From a virus, in the IMG/VR virus record IMGVR_UViG_3300030514_000035, positions 51,027-115,026 of that record: 64,000 bases of DNA, one strand, 5' to 3'. Each line of letters opens with the position of its first letter. The first letter of the stretch is position 1. Of the stretch, positions 62,201-64,000 are shown piece after piece. The notes beneath the pieces were generated by a model, which saw only the letters and a program-made list of their open reading frames with translations, was not told where the DNA came from and made no database searches. The position numbers were made by a program, and so were the translations under genes.

Positions 62201-64000
62201 ATCTTTCTTTTCTGCTTTTAAGTCAATACTTTGGTTTAACTGAGTAATAGATGTACCTTGGGATGAAATTGTTTCACCCTGTTCATCAACAGTTGTGCTA
62301 ATTGAAGTTACTTGCTGTTGAATACTATCAGCCTTTTGGTCAACAGTTGAAATATCTTGGTCTAACTGAGTAATTTGACCAGTTTGAGTATTCACTGTTC
62401 CTTTTACATTAGTAACCTCTTGGTTAATTCCATCTGTAGTAAGCTTGATTTCAGCCATCTTATTATTATAAGTTGTGTTATCAACCTTTGAACCTAGTTT
62501 ATTATCAGTCTCGCCTTTTGTGTAAACATTACTTGCTTCTGCTTTTAAAGCAATCTGATTTGAATGTTGTGCGATAGTAGTACCCTGAGTTTCTACAGTC
62601 CCACTTAAAGTATCGAAGTCAGATTGTTCCACTTTAGAAGTGATAGCCTCAGCAGTCTGAGTGATGTTTGATTCTGCAGTAGTAACACGAGTTGTCAAAG
62701 CAGATAAATCACTTTGCTTAGCTTTTGAGTTAATATCATTCTGCATAGCAGTTTTGTCAGTAGTGTAAGTTGTTTTCTCTACCTTAGAAGAGATTTGACC
62801 AGCTTGCACTTCTAGTTGAGCCTCAGCGTCATCTACTCTTCCTGTTACTGTATCCATATCAGTTTGAGAAGCTTTAAGTGCAATAGCGTTCTTGTTCTGA
62901 GTTACTTGAGTTTCGGCAGTCGATAATCTACCATCGATACCTTCTACATCATCTTGAATGCCACTTACTGTCGTTTGAATCTGAGTTGCAGTTTGTTCTA
63001 ATGTAGAAACGTCTGTTTTAAGGTTAGTTATTTCGCCTGTAGCGTTATCAATTTCACCTTCAGTAGCAGTAACCCTCTGAGTGATTCCATCGGTTGTGAG
63101 GTCAATCTCAGCCATCTTATTGTTATATACTGAACTATCAACCTTGCTTCCTAATTTTGTATCAGTCTCGTTTTTCGTGTAAACATCCGACTTCTCTGCC
63201 TTAAGATTGATTTGCCCAGCCTGAGTAGTAATCTTACCTTCTGCAGTTGAGACACGACCTGTCAGTGTATCCATTTCAGACTGACTTGCTTTAAGCGCAA
63301 TCTGTCCTGCTTGAGTGGTGATATCTCCCTCTGCTTTTGTAACTCTACCTTTAACAGTATCCATTTCTGATTGGGTAGCTTTTAAGGCGATTTGCCCAGC
63401 CTGAGTTGTGATACTAGCTTCGGCACTTGTAAGTCTTCCATCGATATCTTCTGATTTAGTAGCAAGGATTTCTACCTGAGAAGCAGTTTGTAAAATGCTT
63501 GTCTCTTGAGTTGAAACTTGCTGAGTTAACTCGTCATAATCACTATATTCTACTTTCTGCGTGATCGAGTCAGCTAACTGCTCTACAGTCGCTTGTTGAT
63601 TGGTTACTCTTCCTTCTAAAGCATCGTGTTCAGTTTTCTCAACTTTAGATGCAATCTTACCAGCCTGAATCAATAACTCAGCCTGTGCCGATTGGACATC
63701 TCCACTCAATGAGTCAAAGTCTTCTTGGGAAGCTTTGAGTGCAATCTGCTCAGCGTTTTGGTCAATTGCTGTTTCAGCATTGTGAAGTCTTGTTTCATGA
63801 CCATTTGTAGTCTGTTGTAGATTGCTTACATTCTGACTAATGCCATCTGTAGTAACCTTAATCTCAGAAACCTTATTGTTAAAAGTCTGAGTATCCAGTT
63901 TAGAACCTAGTTTACTATCAGTCTCAGTCTTATTGTAGACATCTGTTTTTTCAGCCTTAAGGCTAATAGATTCAGAGTGCTGTTCTATCGTTGTTTCAGC
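56282..64000 (-). CDS. giant repetitive tail fibre (>2570 aa), 5' end outside the window
   Basis: Frame is open from 64000 to the stop at 56282; coiled-coil repeats with about 11 KA(E/N)..DVYTK.E motifs; inserted CBM- and PA14-like modules; LamG-like C-terminus. Confidence 0.85.
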   Translation of the reverse strand, partial: AETTIEQHSESISLKAEKTDVYNKTETDSKLGSKLDTQTFNNKVSEIKVTTDGISQNVSNLQQTTNGHETRLHNAETAIDQNAEQIALKASQEDFDSLSGDVQSAQAELLIQAGKIASKVEKTEHDALEGRVTNQQATVEQLADSITQKVEYSDYDELTQQVSTQETSILQTASQVEILATKSEDIDGRLTSAEASITTQAGQIALKATQSEMDTVKGRVTKAEGDITTQAGQIALKASQSEMDTLTGRVSTAEGKITTQAGQINLKAEKSDVYTKNETDTKLGSKVDSSVYNNKMAEIDLTTDGITQRVTATEGEIDNATGEITNLKTDVSTLEQTATQIQTTVSGIQDDVEGIDGRLSTAETQVTQNKNAIALKASQTDMDTVTGRVDDAEAQLEVQAGQISSKVEKTTYTTDKTAMQNDINSKAKQSDLSALTTRVTTAESNITQTAEAITSKVEQSDFDTLSGTVETQGTTIAQHSNQIALKAEASNVYTKGETDNKLGSKVDNTTYNNKMAEIKLTTDGINQEVTNVKGTVNTQTGQITQLDQDISTVDQKADSIQQQVTSISTTVDEQGETISSQGTSITQLNQSIDLKAEKKDVYTKTEADGKINTAVSSAKSEIQVTTDGIKQDVSKINTTLGDHDSRLVNQQSSIEQLADSISQKVEYSEYDQTTQQMAVQETEILQTKSDITLLANRTSESEDRLSVAEASIQINADAIESKVEQSDFDTLEGTVTTQGTTIAQHASSIALKAEASNVYTKGEADSKLSGKVDNSTYNNKVAQIELDIDGITQEVSDISNDLGTTKQNVSTVTQKANSIEQSVSSLSDTVDEQGRTISSQGTSITQLNSSIALKAEASNVYTKTEADNKVSTAVNNAKAEIKVTTDGISQSVSNVDSKINNMQIGAGNILRNTAIKKDASYFSLGAGVTRDTSFLNKGLNTFKYDVSGLTGDAWRSANPTLIEAKEGEVFSASAEVYIPTGHGIDGSAPTLEMQFYKADGTRISALATATSKPNLSKLDQWQKVTTENITAPAGTVKANARVWLQRNGKLWVSHLMMVRGTRVTDWSPSFLDTDAQFDSVNQSISNVDQKADSISQTVSSLSTTVDGQGTRISNAETTIGQHTTSINLKANATDVYKKTEVDSKLGGKLDTTTYNNKMSSIDIDINGIKQTASNQQTTINDIDGTVSSHTSQISTLDQRADGFDLTVQEVQNDIGGLEGRVSTAETQITANKDAITLKASAQSVSDLGTRVGTAEGKIEVNANQIAQRVTKTEMDNAVGVNKWVASRYDVNLGSAGAIPIFAHIKGKTPVSVIDYADNSRLQPFTGDGYIGHYFTNIYMNTAKTVNLSVTNDDGASIFLNGGSIMARGSATSALPVAVAFRAGWNTLEILHHEYSGGESVQLGLKLSDNVDKMTSVIGVGDKNETRLTQAETSIIQNASDIALRATKTEVTAMGNRISDAEASITLHTDQINSKVSQTDFNAYSQKLTTAESDIVQLKDEITQKVSTTDYNLLNNTVKDQQTLIQQLNESISLKVDEQIIDGLDQRITDSETQISLTQDSILLKAEKTELDEVTGRLSDAEASIELQADQITQRVTKTEFDALSVGGRNLALGTETPKTATGTGGTNQTTNLYDLDFSLVAGKEITISFDAVSTASGKLIVQWSGTPWGYLSGSVDVGTTKKHFSKTVTQPTDGTAKSIQARLDGLNGAVTISNLKIEFGNKETTWTPAVEDIKGDLTALGQRMTSAETSITQTAEAITLKADKATTYTKSEIDGQIDAVELQISNQGTQIQQTNEAITLKANKTDVYTKTEAGNLLAGKTDNSTFNALVTRVTNAESSLTVANDNIATKVAQTTFDVLNDKVSLNTDSTNYNPNPSFEGKKNTYYTNATAFASTDAGVPTGAPKSYVGRQTSRDNYISDFFSVKEGDKFIVEGWIASTDSAQNFGLGLNTQDNAGTNLWLVSGHMSKGAGTWQYFKQVYTIPAGKTKARFFSQINASSSYGNWYFTDVRVTKVTPQSQVDGLETKLTAMQTTIDQTSSDITLKANKSDVYTKSEADGKVTTAVNDAKASIKITTDSIASDVATLESTTTTQGQTLSSHSTSISQLNSSITSKAEKTDVYTKTEADGKISTAVTNAKSEIKQTTDSITSTVTNVSNKVDGISVGGRNLVLGTATAKSITGTNITNQTMNIYNFVGGNSQQIMGKEITVTFDWKVEGVASPSGTFYMQGSNPYSMIADRVTLSSSNMSGSYSVTRTITGNPFTAVNMRLDNVTSGAKITISNFMIQFGNKPTGWSPAPEDVSGQMDSMASQIKQTADEVSINVVKKDGVLASINASSEGVKIQGSKVDIEGQVTFSSFDNSTQERITATESKVESVETSTTKNTNESGISSGAKPPTFKRATTRDYKGRTYGVDEPVYDMNGLVVESVQGETLNIPTDNAVYVEEGTIETAFYAIEAGKNQTLMSMDYSSGSKMALSLTSTNQVKLSIGSTSISTLADFVRAGDTFRVAIKWSSATLSYSLFINGVLQGIQSYDKNTLGNINSGETIDVATDCRTIIKGLRISKKARLDKELA

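Noticed and set aside
1-64000. CRISPR array or DGR template/variable repeats
   Set aside because: The repeated motif is dispersed, not regularly spaced with unique spacers. No reverse transcriptase or adenine-only mismatched repeat pair was seen; long repeats are in-frame coding repeats.
1-64000. tRNA or rRNA genes
   Set aside because: No cloverleaf with T-loop GTTCGA and matching acceptor stem was recognised in intergenic regions; tRNAscan-SE was not run.

Overview
A 64 kb, AT-rich segment of a large Bacillus-group tailed phage or prophage with SPbeta-like gene content and layout. The host genus is inferred from gene content. The + strand arm (1-27.9 kb) holds early and replication genes: many small hypotheticals, DnaE-type DNA polymerase, nucleoside deoxyribosyltransferase, ThyA, DHFR, Nudix, a type I toxin-antitoxin locus, RecD2, NrdI/E/F and a redoxin, a DHH phosphoesterase, a Tad2/DUF2829-like protein, RusA, and a DGQHR - Cys/His/Asp protein - XRE operon. 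A short accessory junction (27.2-30.1 kb) carries a LysM-CAP protein, an orphan AbrB/MazE-like gene, a secreted protein and small membrane peptides. The - strand arm (30.2-64 kb) holds tail and lysis genes: a permuted papain-like amidase, a GH25 endolysin, baseplate and tail proteins, a 2753-aa tape measure, a tyrosine recombinase, a holin and two giant fibres. The most striking features are: (i) at least 22 copies of a non-palindromic ~17-bp motif, TAA(A/G)CAAAAGTATT(G/A)A(C/T)A, always co-oriented with transcription on both arms, overlapping sigmaA -35 boxes, lying just before RBSs and embedded inside genes; (ii) a tail fibre with an N-terminal poly-gamma-glutamate hydrolase domain; (iii) a tail hub-like protein ending in a flagellinolysin-like HExxH metallopeptidase. 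All protein family calls come from manual motif recognition, with no database searches. No tRNA, rRNA, CRISPR array, intron or intein was found.
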